64,000 bases of DNA. Source: Pirellulales bacterium. GTDB taxonomy: Bacteria > Planctomycetota > Planctomycetia > Pirellulales > Lacipirellulaceae. Shown here piece by piece: positions 48,416 to 57,900 of this stretch (within the stretch, counting starts at the first letter, position 1; each line of letters starts with the position of its first letter). The position numbers and the translations under genes were made by a program. Where the stretch lies: assembly GCA_039831705.1 (NCBI GenBank), contig JBDOMT010000215.1, forward strand, positions 7,898 to 71,897, in the 5' to 3' direction. The notes beneath the pieces were generated by a model. The model saw only the letters and a list, made by a program, of their open reading frames with translations. It had not been told where the DNA came from and did no database searches.

Positions 48416-48615
48416 TCCCACATGCCGTCGCTCCGCGACTCAGATTTGGATGGGTTACCAATATATTGGATGTAGTAACCCATATTGAACCACGAAATTG
48501 TGACATGCGGTGGCACCATAATTTGAACCGCAGAGCGGTGGCATGTGATAGCTGGGACTTTAGTCCCAGGGTTATCACACAAATCATTTGAGTCGCGGAG
48601 CGACGGCATGTGGGA
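48416..48615. repeat. Family C palindromic repeat cluster in the addB-like/addA-like intercistronic gap: perfect 26-bp inverted repeats 148 nt apart
   Basis: tcccacatgccgtcgctccgcgactc (48416-48441) is the exact reverse complement of gagtcgcggagcgacggcatgtggga (48590-48615). An internal unit aaccgcagagcggtggcatgtgatagctgggactttagtcccagg lies at 48526-48570. Confidence 0.85.
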
Positions 48616-48669
48616 CTCACCCTGACTAGCTTCACGTTAATGTTTTTTTCGGAAATCGATATCTGAAAA

Positions 48670-51600
48670 ATGGCGAAACCTACCCCCCTAAAGCATGAAC
48701 TAATCCGCGCCTCGGCCGGTACGGGTAAAACGTACCAGTTGACCAACCGTTACCTGCGCCTGCTACGGATGGGAGAACAGCCTCAAGACATCTTGGCGTC
48801 TACTTTTACCCGTAAGGCGGCCGGTGAAATTTTGGATCGGGTGCTGCTGCGACTGGCGGCAGGAGCGACCGATCCGGCCGAGTTGTCCAACCTGCGCAAC
48901 GCACTGGAAGATAAAACGCTGACCCGCCAGGCATGTCTCGATTTGCTGGTAGAGGCTGCTCAAAACTTGCACCGACTGCGAATTGGCACCCTCGATAGTC
49001 TATTTATCCAACTAGCCCACAGCTTTTCACTCGACCTCGGTTTGCCTCCGGGCTGGAACATAGCCGATGAACATGTCGACTTGCGTTTGCAAGACCAGGC
49101 CGTGGATGGGTTGTTGGCCGGTGAACAGACGGCCGACTTGATAACCCTGGTGCACTCCCTGACTCACGGTGAAACAACTCGCAGCCTCGATCGCGAGGTC
49201 CGTGATCGGGTTAAATCGCTGTACGGAATCTATCGAGAGACCGAGGCCAAAGCCTGGCAGCGAGTGCCACGGGGAAAGACACTCACCGAGGATCAACTGA
49301 CGGCAGCGATCGACATTTTGAAATCGGTACAACTGCCAAAAAACAAACATTGGACCAATCAGCATAAGAAAGATGTGCAGGCAGCCGAGGAAGCCAATTG
49401 GGAAAAATTCATTTCCCGCGGAATTGCCGGCAAAGTGGCCGCTGGCGAAGATCGTTATCACCAAAAACCGATCGAAGCACCGGTGGTGGACGCTTACCAG
49501 CCATTGCTTCACCATGCCAAAGGGGTGCTACTGAATCGTCTGGCCGATCAAACGGCGGCCACCTGGCATCTGCTCGACAAATATCATGACCACTACCAAC
49601 GTCTAAAGCGGCAGCAACGGGTGCTGCGTTTCGAAGATGTGACCTTCCAACTGGCCAGCGCGGTGAGCCCGATTGGCGCCGCCCAGGCTGCTTTTCGTCT
49701 CGATGCGCCCATTCGTCATTTGCTGCTGGACGAATTCCAAGATACTTCCCTACTCCAATGGAAAGTCGTGCAACCCTACGTGCGTCAGATCACCCAGGGC
49801 AAGCAGGGACAATCGTTTTTCTGTGTCGGCGATGTGAAGCAGGCAATCTATGGTTGGCGCGGTGGCGTCGCGGAGGTGTTTGGATCCGCCCACGCGGAAA
49901 TACCAGACTGCAAGGAGCAATCGCTGGACGTCAGTTGGCGTAGCGCGCCGGTGATCATCGAAACGGTGAATGAAATCTTTAAACATTTGGACAACCATAC
50001 CAATTTGGGCGACCTGGAAGAACCAGTTACCCAATGGCAGAAAAAATTTCGTCCCCACCAAACGGCCGGACCAATCCAAAAGCACCAAGGCTATGCATGC
50101 ATGCAGGTTGCACGCAGTGCAGGCGAAGATGAGAGTGAAGAGCAGAAAGTGATCACCTTACGGTTTGCAGCCGAGCAGGTAGCAGACTGGAAACGGCAGG
50201 CACCCGGTCAGTCCATTGGTGTACTGGTGCGACGCAACGAGGCCGTACGACGGTTGATTTACGAATTACGCGAATTGGGCATCGAAGCGAGTGAAGAAGG
50301 AGGCAGTTCGCTGGACGATTCGGCAGCCGTACGAGTGGTTTTATCGCTGGTGCATCTGGCCGATCATCCGTCCGACCGGGTGGCCCGTTATCACCTGGCC
50401 AACTCGCCACTGTCCAGTTGGCTGAATTGGTATGGAGGAAGCAAATCGTTGAACCCGAGGGAAATGGCCAGCTCGACTGGAAATTCAATTGCCGGCTGCT
50501 GCGGTCGGGCCGTGCGACAACAATTAATGGACATAGGTTATGGCAAGGCCATCAATGGCTGGGCCAAGCAGCTCGCTCCCGCCTGCAATCAGCGCGAACT
50601 ACGACGGCTGGAAAAGCTGATTGGTTTGGCCTACTTGTACGACACCCATGCCAATTCGCGTCCGGATGATTTTATACGCTACATCGAAACGCAAAAAGTA
50701 CACGATCCGATGGCCGCCGATGTGCGTGTGATGACCATCCACCAGGCCAAAGGCCTGGAGTTCGACATTGTGGTGTTGACCGATCTGGAAGCAAATCTGG
50801 TCGGACAACGAGACCATCTGGTGGTAGGACGTCCCTCCCCCACCGAGCCAATCGAGCACGTTTGCCGCCGCTGCAATGCACAAATCCGGGAATTGCTTCC
50901 TCCAGCATGGCAACACCGATTTCAAGAAACGGATCATCAAAATGTGGCCGAATCGTTATGCGTGCTTTACGTCGCGGTAACCCGTGCAGTGCATGTCCTG
51001 CACATGATCGTCGATCCCTCCAATGCCAATGAAAAATCGCTGCACAAACAGCTCAGTGGCCTGTTGCGGGCGGCACTAACCGATGGACAACGGTTGGAAC
51101 CAGAGCAGATTGTCTTTGAACATGGGCAGCGACAGGCGATTGTTGGGAAAGAGGTAGACCCAGAGATCCCCCAAACCACGAAAAAAGAGAAGAAGGCGGA
51201 GGCCATTTCCCTGGCTCCGTCCAGTAACCACCATCGACGCGGATTGGAACGAGTAAGCCCTTCAGAATTGGAGGGCACCGGTGGCGGCACGACCGTCCGT
51301 TTCACCAATACTTGGAGTCGTAGAAGTCAGGGAAAATCTGACCAAGGGCGAACCGCTGCACTGCAACGCGGCACTCTCATTCATGCCTGGTTTGAACAAA
51401 TCAACTGGCTCGAAGAAGGTTTGCCAGACGAAGCCAGCTTGCGACTCGTGGCGGAGAAGGCCATCACGGGCAGCCTGGACGAATGTGACTGGCCGACGCT
51501 GATCGATGAGTTTCACCAGATGTGCGCACAACCTCAAATTGCCGCCTGTCTGCGCCGCGATGCGTATGCGCAATATGCCACCACCATCGACAACTTCAGC

Positions 51601-51933
51601 AGCCAGGCAGAAAACTTGGGCCCAACAGAAAACTTGGTCGTAGAAAACGAACGCCCCATCGCGATCCGTGATGGAGAACACCTGCTGACCGGCCACATCG
51701 ACCGCCTGGTGACTTGCTACCAGCAAGGCCGTCCGGTTGCTGCAGAAATCCTCGACTACAAAACCGACGCTATTTCCGATCGGACCCAACTGCTGGAAAA
51801 AGTCGAGTATTACCGACCGCAACTGGAAGCCTACCGAAGGGCCGTCTGCCAAACGTTCCAATTGGCCGAAAGTCAGGTGGCCGCAAAATTGCTCTTCGTC
51901 ACCAGCGGCGAAGTGGAGTTGGTCGTAGCTTAA
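48670..51933 (+). CDS. AddA-like UvrD/Rep-family helicase with a C-terminal PD-(D/E)XK nuclease domain
   Basis: Walker A SAGTGKTYQL, LLDEFQDTS, TIHQAKGLEFD, VAVTRA and the C-terminal GHIDRLV.......EILDYKTD are present. Confidence 0.75.
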   Translation: MAKPTPLKHELIRASAGTGKTYQLTNRYLRLLRMGEQPQDILASTFTRKAAGEILDRVLLRLAAGATDPAELSNLRNALEDKTLTRQACLDLLVEAAQNLHRLRIGTLDSLFIQLAHSFSLDLGLPPGWNIADEHVDLRLQDQAVDGLLAGEQTADLITLVHSLTHGETTRSLDREVRDRVKSLYGIYRETEAKAWQRVPRGKTLTEDQLTAAIDILKSVQLPKNKHWTNQHKKDVQAAEEANWEKFISRGIAGKVAAGEDRYHQKPIEAPVVDAYQPLLHHAKGVLLNRLADQTAATWHLLDKYHDHYQRLKRQQRVLRFEDVTFQLASAVSPIGAAQAAFRLDAPIRHLLLDEFQDTSLLQWKVVQPYVRQITQGKQGQSFFCVGDVKQAIYGWRGGVAEVFGSAHAEIPDCKEQSLDVSWRSAPVIIETVNEIFKHLDNHTNLGDLEEPVTQWQKKFRPHQTAGPIQKHQGYACMQVARSAGEDESEEQKVITLRFAAEQVADWKRQAPGQSIGVLVRRNEAVRRLIYELRELGIEASEEGGSSLDDSAAVRVVLSLVHLADHPSDRVARYHLANSPLSSWLNWYGGSKSLNPREMASSTGNSIAGCCGRAVRQQLMDIGYGKAINGWAKQLAPACNQRELRRLEKLIGLAYLYDTHANSRPDDFIRYIETQKVHDPMAADVRVMTIHQAKGLEFDIVVLTDLEANLVGQRDHLVVGRPSPTEPIEHVCRRCNAQIRELLPPAWQHRFQETDHQNVAESLCVLYVAVTRAVHVLHMIVDPSNANEKSLHKQLSGLLRAALTDGQRLEPEQIVFEHGQRQAIVGKEVDPEIPQTTKKEKKAEAISLAPSSNHHRRGLERVSPSELEGTGGGTTVRFTNTWSRRSQGKSDQGRTAALQRGTLIHAWFEQINWLEEGLPDEASLRLVAEKAITGSLDECDWPTLIDEFHQMCAQPQIAACLRRDAYAQYATTIDNFSSQAENLGPTENLVVENERPIAIRDGEHLLTGHIDRLVTCYQQGRPVAAEILDYKTDAISDRTQLLEKVEYYRPQLEAYRRAVCQTFQLAESQVAAKLLFVTSGEVELVVA

Positions 51934-51970
51934 GATCAACACAGTTTCCAAACGTACACCAACTCTGACC

Positions 51971-51999
51971 TTGATTATCATTATAACACATGTTATAAT
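51971..51999 (+). promoter_or_regulatory. Near-consensus sigma70-type promoter (TTGATT-17 nt-TATAAT) overlapped by the palindrome attataaca-ca-tgttataat
   Basis: -35 ttgatt is at 51971-51976 and -10 tataat is at 51994-51999, with an exact 17-nt spacer. The palindrome with 9-bp arms is at 51980-51999. AAGGAG (52070-52075) lies 9 nt before the antitoxin ATG. Confidence 0.55.
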
Positions 52000-52084
52000 A
52001 TTGTAGCCTGGGTTGGTGATGCAAATTAATACAAGCCTGCAGCCTAACGGGCTGTAGATTTAACGCCCCAAGGAGCAAAATGCT

Positions 52085-52309
52085 ATGACTGCTGTAAAAG
52101 TAACGACTGTTGGAAACTCGGTGGGCATTGTGTTGCCCAAAGAGTTGTTAGAGCGGTTGCGCATCAATAAGGGCGACATGCTGCAAGTGATAGAAACGCC
52201 TGACGGCGTGGAACTCACTCCCTACAAAGAAGAATTCGCCCAACAGATGGATGTGGCCGAGCGAGTAATGCGTCAAGATCGCGACGTGCTACGCAAATTG
52301 GCTGAGTAA
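52085..52309 (+). CDS. AbrB/MazE/SpoVT-fold antitoxin (Phd-role partner of Doc)
   Basis: 74 aa. VTTVGNSVGIVLPKELLERLRINKGDML is the SpoVT/AbrB swapped-hairpin motif. It lies 5 nt upstream of a Doc toxin gene. Confidence 0.8.
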   Translation: MTAVKVTTVGNSVGIVLPKELLERLRINKGDMLQVIETPDGVELTPYKEEFAQQMDVAERVMRQDRDVLRKLAE

Positions 52310-52314
52310 CGATT

Positions 52315-52707
52315 ATGTCAGAACCTATTTGGATTACCCTCGAATTAACCCACGCTATCCACAAACGCCAACTTGCCGAGCATGGTGGTATCGCAGGCGT
52401 GCGTGACGAAGGGTTGCTTGCTTCCGCCCTTGCGCGGCCCAAGCATCTAATTGCCTATTCCAAAGACCGCCCCGATTGGGCCAGCTTGGCAGCCGCTTAT
52501 GGTTTTGGCATTGCAAGAAATCACCCTTTTCTCGATGGCAACAAAAGAACGGCTTATGTCGTCTACCGCACTTTTCTAAAACTCAACGATGTCGATATCG
52601 ACGCCTCACAGGAAGAAAAGTACCTGATATTCTTACAACTGGCCGAAGGCACCCTCAGCGAAGAAGAATTGGCCGAGTGGATTCGTTCGCATCTGCAAAC
52701 CGCTTAA
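52315..52707 (+). CDS. doc: Death-on-curing (Doc) family toxin, Fic fold
   Basis: The Doc-type Fic motif NHPFLDGNKRTA is present. The protein is 130 aa and is paired with an upstream antitoxin. Confidence 0.9.
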   Translation: MSEPIWITLELTHAIHKRQLAEHGGIAGVRDEGLLASALARPKHLIAYSKDRPDWASLAAAYGFGIARNHPFLDGNKRTAYVVYRTFLKLNDVDIDASQEEKYLIFLQLAEGTLSEEELAEWIRSHLQTA

Positions 52708-52733
52708 GGGAAGTACCCCAATCGCAACTTGAA

Positions 52734-53311
52734 ATGCCCATGCCGATCCGATTACCATACAGAAAAACCTGGCATTGGTGGGCACTCTTTGCAACCGTGA
52801 GCATGACGGTTGTCGTGCTGCGTAACGAAGGTAGACGCTGGTTTTGCGAATGTGGTCAGCTGCGGTTTTGGGTTGCCGAAGCTCAGAACAATCATACCTC
52901 TCAGCACCTGTTCGACCCCTATAGTTTTTCACACATCCAGCATGGATTAGTACTTTTTTTCTCGTGGGTTGGCTGGCTCGACGCTGGAAATGGCCTTGGC
53001 AATTATGGCTGACGGTTGTGATCGAAGCAGGATGGGAAATTTTGGAGAATACCCCCATGGTGATTGACCGCTATCGCGACGCAACCGCCGCATTGGGTTA
53101 CACGGGCGATTCGATACTCAACAGCCTGGGCGATCTGTTGAGTTGTGCGATTGGTTTTTTACTTGCCCGCCACTTGGGATGGCGTGCTACCTGGGTACTG
53201 TTCTTCTCGATCGAAATGACCATGATCCTGACGATACGAGATAGCCTGCTGTTGAATGTGCTGATGCTGGTCTATCCACTGGAGTTCATCCGGAGCTGGC
53301 AATTGGGGTAA
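52734..53311 (+). pseudogene. DUF2585 (UPF0314) family membrane protein gene interrupted by a frameshift in a T7 run
   Basis: The N-terminal half (MPMPIRL...FCECGQLRFWV....NNHTSQHLFDPYSFSHIQHGLVLFF) is in frame 0 and stops at 53012. The C-terminal half (LVGWLARRW...IEAGWEILENTPMVIDRYRDAT..LGYTGDSILNSLGDLL...IRDSLLLNVLMLVYPLEFIRSWQ) is in the -1 frame to 53311. The junction is at ttttttt, 52954-52960. Confidence 0.65.
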
Positions 53312-53460
53312 GCTGGTCCCACAACCAATACCATTCTACAGCGTTAGAGGTCCCAGCTATTGACGGATAGCCAACTGACCGCGAAGTTGGAGTCAATAGG
53401 TCCGCTCGTAATTAGGCGCTATAGTGTATCATTTCAACTAATATATTGGGGTTGAAAAAA

Positions 53461-53532
53461 ATCAGCCGCAGGGCGTTAGCCCCCGGTTTTTACTCTGCTA
53501 CCGGGTGCTAACACGTTTCGGCTCAATTTTTT
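53461..53532. terminator. REP-like hairpin family B, copy 3, flanked by A7 and T6 runs (candidate bidirectional terminator)
   Basis: aaaaaaa-tcagccgcagggcgttagcccccgg...ccgggtgctaacacgtttcggctca-tttttt. Confidence 0.5.
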
Positions 53533-53630
53533 CCACTTTCCACTTTCCACTTTCCACTTTCCACTTTCCACTTTCCACTTTCCACTTTCCACTTTCCACT
53601 TTCCACTTTCCACTTTCCACTTTCCACTTT
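53531..53630. repeat. Perfect heptanucleotide microsatellite (TTCCACT / CCACTTT) x14.3
   Basis: 100 nt of uninterrupted 7-nt repeat were read directly. The array ends 11 nt before the sbcD-like ATG (53642). Confidence 0.95.
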
Positions 53631-53641
53631 ATTAACCCCCC

Positions 53642-54907
53642 ATGTTCACTTTCCTCCACGCCGCCGACCTGCATCTCGACAGCCCGTTGCGCGGGCTGGC
53701 CCGTTATGAGGGGGCGCCGGTCGATGAAATCAGGGGGGCAACGCGTCGCGCGCTGGAAAATCTGGTCGACCTGGCAATCGAACGGGATGTCGACTTTGTG
53801 CTGATTGCCGGTGACCTCTACGACGGAGATTGGAAAGACCACAACACGGGTCTTTTTTTTGTCGCACAAATGGTCCGGCTGCGGACGGAAAACATTCCCG
53901 TGATCGCCATCCGTGGCAACCATGACGCAGCGAACAAAATGACCAGTTTCTTACAGTTGCCGGCCAACGTCGAGCTGCTTTCCCACCGACGGGCAGAAAC
54001 GGCACAGGCGGAAAAACTTAAAGAATTGGGAGTCGCCGTTCATGGCCGTTCCTTCGCCAAAGCGGCCGAACTGGATAACCTGGCGCTAAACTATCCACCA
54101 CCGCAGACGGGCAAGTTCAACATCGGCTTGCTACACACTTCTCTTTCCGGAGTCGAGGGCCATGAACCTTATGCGCCCTGCACGGTCGACGATTTACGCT
54201 CCGCCGGATACGACTATTGGGCCCTGGGCCATGTCCACACACGCCGGGTCCTGTGCGAAGATCCACCCATTCTGTTTTCAGGTAATCTCCAGGGCCGGCA
54301 CATCCGCGAACCCGGCGCAAAAGGCTGCATGCTGGTAACCGTGGATGATCGGGCCGAGGTGAAATTTGAATTCCAGCCACTGGACGTATTTCGCTGGGAA
54401 TTGTGCCACGTCGATGCGCAAGGTTGCGACGAAATCGATGAGGTATTGGAACAACTGTCCACCGAATTGGCTCCCATAGTACGCGCCAGTGACGGTTTGC
54501 CACTGGCGGTACGGCTAATCCTATCCGGAAGTTGTCAGGCTCACGGTCAACTGATGAGTGCCCCCGAAGAATGGGTCAATCAGGTGCGTGCAATCGGACT
54601 CGATCTCAGTGGCGGTAGTCTGTGGATCGAGAAAGCTGTTTTACGGACCTCTCCCCAGCAAACCACTGACCCAACCCTGCAGACCGATGGCCCAATCGGC
54701 GTCCTGCGTTCCTACCTTAGCGAACTTCGGACCAACGATTTGCAACTGTTGGAACTGGCTGGCGAATTGGATGCACTCCGGCGCAAACTGCCAGCGGAAC
54801 TAAAACGTGGCCCCAACCCGCTGACCTTCGACGATCCCAAACAGTTGCGCACTGTACTCGACGAAATCGAGCCGATGCTGATGGAACAGTTGCTGGGCAA
54901 AGAATAA
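53642..54907 (+). CDS. sbcD: SbcD-family DNA repair exonuclease (YhaO-like metallophosphoesterase)
   Basis: [31 protein letters not shown] and WALGHVH are the calcineurin-like/Mre11-SbcD motifs. Confidence 0.85.
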   Translation: MFTFLHAADLHLDSPLRGLARYEGAPVDEIRGATRRALENLVDLAIERDVDFVLIAGDLYDGDWKDHNTGLFFVAQMVRLRTENIPVIAIRGNHDAANKMTSFLQLPANVELLSHRRAETAQAEKLKELGVAVHGRSFAKAAELDNLALNYPPPQTGKFNIGLLHTSLSGVEGHEPYAPCTVDDLRSAGYDYWALGHVHTRRVLCEDPPILFSGNLQGRHIREPGAKGCMLVTVDDRAEVKFEFQPLDVFRWELCHVDAQGCDEIDEVLEQLSTELAPIVRASDGLPLAVRLILSGSCQAHGQLMSAPEEWVNQVRAIGLDLSGGSLWIEKAVLRTSPQQTTDPTLQTDGPIGVLRSYLSELRTNDLQLLELAGELDALRRKLPAELKRGPNPLTFDDPKQLRTVLDEIEPMLMEQLLGKE

Positions 54908-54942
54908 ATGTTTGATGGGTAATGTTTGATTGTTGATGTTTA
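54908..54942. repeat. Degenerate heptanucleotide tandem repeat (atgtttg atgggta atgtttg attgttg atgttta) between the sbcD-like and sbcC-like genes
   Basis: Read directly. It starts 1 nt after the sbcD-like stop. Confidence 0.7.
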
Positions 54943-54958
54943 AACAAGAAGTAACCCT

Positions 54959-57900
54959 ATGAAAATTTTGCGACTCGATCTACTGGCCTTTGGGCCATTT
55001 ACGGATCAGTCATTAGTGTTCGATTCGGAACAAAAAGGCTTGGCAATCGTTTATGGGCCCAACGAAGCGGGCAAGAGCTCGGCGTTGCGCGGCCTGCATC
55101 AATTTCTGTACGGCATTCCACACAACAGCAATGACAATTTTCTCCATGCCAATCCAAATTTGCGCATCGGGGCGCTACTGGAAAAATCATCCAGTGAGCA
55201 GCTCTCGTGCATACGCCGCAAAGGGCGGGTCAACACGCTCCGCGGAGCGGATGACCAAACCATCGTTGAGCAGGAGCAACTACTGGAGTGGCTGGGGCGA
55301 ATCGATGAGCAGGCCTTTGCTCATCGATTTGGCATCGACTATGACGAACTGGTTCGTGGCGGCCGGGCGATCGTCCAGGGAGAGGGAGATCTGGGACAGA
55401 TTTTATTCGCCTCCGGCGCTGGACTGGTCGATTTGCAACCGGTCCAACAGCAGTTGGCAACGGCAGGACAGACCCTGTTCAAGCAGCGTGGTTCGGTACA
55501 GCAAATCAATGTAGCTGTCACTCGACTGGCCGAAGTCCGTAAAACCATCAAGGCAGCCCAGTTACCTTCAGCCCAGTGGGTCGAACGCGACCAGGCTTTG
55601 CAGCAAGCCCAGACACGCAATGAGCAAATTAATCAACAACTGTTGGAACGAGGCGTCCAGCGCAGTGAGCTGGAGCGAATACGTGATGCCCTACCGATCA
55701 TTGCCCGGCTTCGTCACACGCGAAGTCAATACGAAGGAGTGGCTTCGATACCTTTACTACCCGACACGTTTGCTGAAATTCGACGCGAAGCGGTGACCCA
55801 ACACCAAATTACCCAGACGGCAAAGCAGCAGGCATCGGAGTCGGCCGCATCACTGGAGAAATCGATCGGGACACTTGAAGTACCCCAGCGGTTGCTACAA
55901 CATGCGAGTGCGATCGGGCAGCTTAAGGAAGAGTTGGGCAGCTATCGTAAAGCGGCCCACGATCGACCCAGACTGATCACCCAACGGGACCAAATCGAGC
56001 GCGAGGCCAGCACTATTCTCAAAGAACTGGGACGTGAAGCGGCTGGCGAAAAGAATCGAGGAGAACCATTAGAAGAGCGGGACGACTTGCGTGTGAGCAA
56101 ACCACTCCGTTTACGCATCCAGGAACTGGCTCAAGATCGCAACACCCTGGTCAGCAAGCACGAGCAAACCAAGCAGGCAGGCAAGGCCTTGGCACAGGAA
56201 GTCCAACGGACCCAAGCACAACTTGATGCTCTACCTTCGAATTGCGAACCGGACGAATTGCAACGTGTCATCCGCTTCGTGGGACAACAGGGAGACCTTG
56301 AGCGACAAGCGGCCACCTTGGGAAGTGAACTTCAGTTGGCCCAAGAGCAAGCGGCCATAGATCTGAACAAGCTGTCTGATTGGTCTGGATCTCTGGAGGC
56401 CTTGGAACGACTCCCCATCCCGGTGCCCGAAACGGTCTCCCTTTGGATCGAGCAACAAGACACTTTGGAAAGTGCGTTGACCAGTCTGATTCAACGCGAG
56501 GAAGAGCTGCGTCTGGAACTGGCGGAACTGGATCAGCAGATTGAGCAACATCGGTTGCAGCAAGATGTACCCACCGAAGAAGACCTTGAGCATACTCGTC
56601 AAGACCGTGACCAAGGCTGGCAATATGTGTTGCGTGCCTGGCAACAGGGTCTCTGGCAACAGGGCGCCCCTAGTAACGATACGCAGAAACCATTCATTCA
56701 ACGATGGAATCCGGAAGGTGATTTGGCCTCTGCCTACGAAGCCAGTGTTGCGGAGGCCGACCGGGTGGCAGACCGACTTCGCCGAGAAGCCGATCAGGTG
56801 GCGGAAAAAACCGCACGCATGGCGCAACGAGAGAAACAATCCAACCGTTTGCAACGGTTGACAAAGCAACGACAACAAGTGGAAGAACAGCAGCAGCAGT
56901 TACAGCAGCAGTGGCAACTGGCCTGGCAGGAAACCTCCATTCGGCCGCTGGCGCCGCGTGAGATGCGCGACTGGATCGATCGACAATCGGCGCTCATCGA
57001 GGTGGCGGAGTCGATTCGCCGACAGCATACGGCACTGGCCGAGTTGGAGCAGCGCATAGAACAGTTACGAGCAAGCTGTCATCAGGCTCTGGAAAAAATG
57101 TCGCCGAAAGATTCAAAACCAACAAACGGTGAACCGCTGCCAACAGCGGTTGCCCCTTCGCGGAGCGAACTAACGGCCCCGTCGCTGAGCGAACTGGTGG
57201 ATCGGTGCGAACGACGTTTGCTCCAAATTCAATCCGATCTGGATCAACGCAGTACGATCCAGCGTGATCTGCTGAAACTTGCCGAAAAACAGGATCAGGC
57301 CAGCCACTCCATCCTGGACGCCCAAGAACGTCGTCAGGACTGGCATCAGCAATGGGGAACCGCTGTGCGGCAATTGGGATTGGACCAGGAGGCCAGCCCG
57401 ACCGAAGCCCATTCGGTCTTAGAATCGATTGGCGAATGGAACGAAAAACTGGCTGAAATTGAAACGCTCCGCGATCGGATCAAAGGAATCGATCAGGATG
57501 CCAAGCGCTTTCGGACAGCCGTTCACTCGGTTACCAAAAAAGTGGGGACTGACCTGTCGCACGACCTGACTCAACTCGATGTGGCCCAAGCGGTAAGTGA
57601 CTTACACGACCAACTCGCACACGCCCAACGGGCCCAATCTCGACATGAAGAACTTCAGCGTCAGCTCAAGCAAGCGCAACAACAACAGCTTCAGGCGCAA
57701 GCCAAATCCGTAGAGCTGGAGTTAACTTTGGAGGCTTTGTGCCAGGAGGCGGGCTGCCAGTCACCCGAACAGTTGCCCGCAATCGAAGCACAATCGGCGG
57801 AGCGTAAACGGCTTCAAGGAGAACTACGAGAATACGAAAGTCGCCTGCTCGAATTGGCCGCAGGTGAGGAGCTGGAAGCATGGATTGCCCACGCTGAGAA

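Noticed and set aside
45440-51933. Considered the PD-(D/E)XK nuclease plus UvrD-like helicase pair as a phage-defence system (a Gabija/Nhi-like or novel helicase-nuclease defence).
   Set aside because: The sizes, gene order, a single active motor and dual C-terminal RecB-type nuclease motifs fit AddAB-type end-resection enzymes. No sensor, effector or methylase genes accompany them. The idea is kept only as a low-weight caveat in the island finding.
53531-53630. Considered whether the tandem arrays (this one, 9595-9657 and 29326-29373) could be CRISPR arrays.
   Set aside because: The units are 7-21 nt and contiguous, with no unique spacers. No cas genes are present in the window.
53498-53923. 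Minus-strand 141-aa ORF containing (KWKVESG)n, and plus-strand ORF 53505-53804.
   Set aside because: Both are translations of the (CCACTTT)14 microsatellite and overlap the 5' end of the well-supported sbcD-like CDS. They are repeat artefacts.
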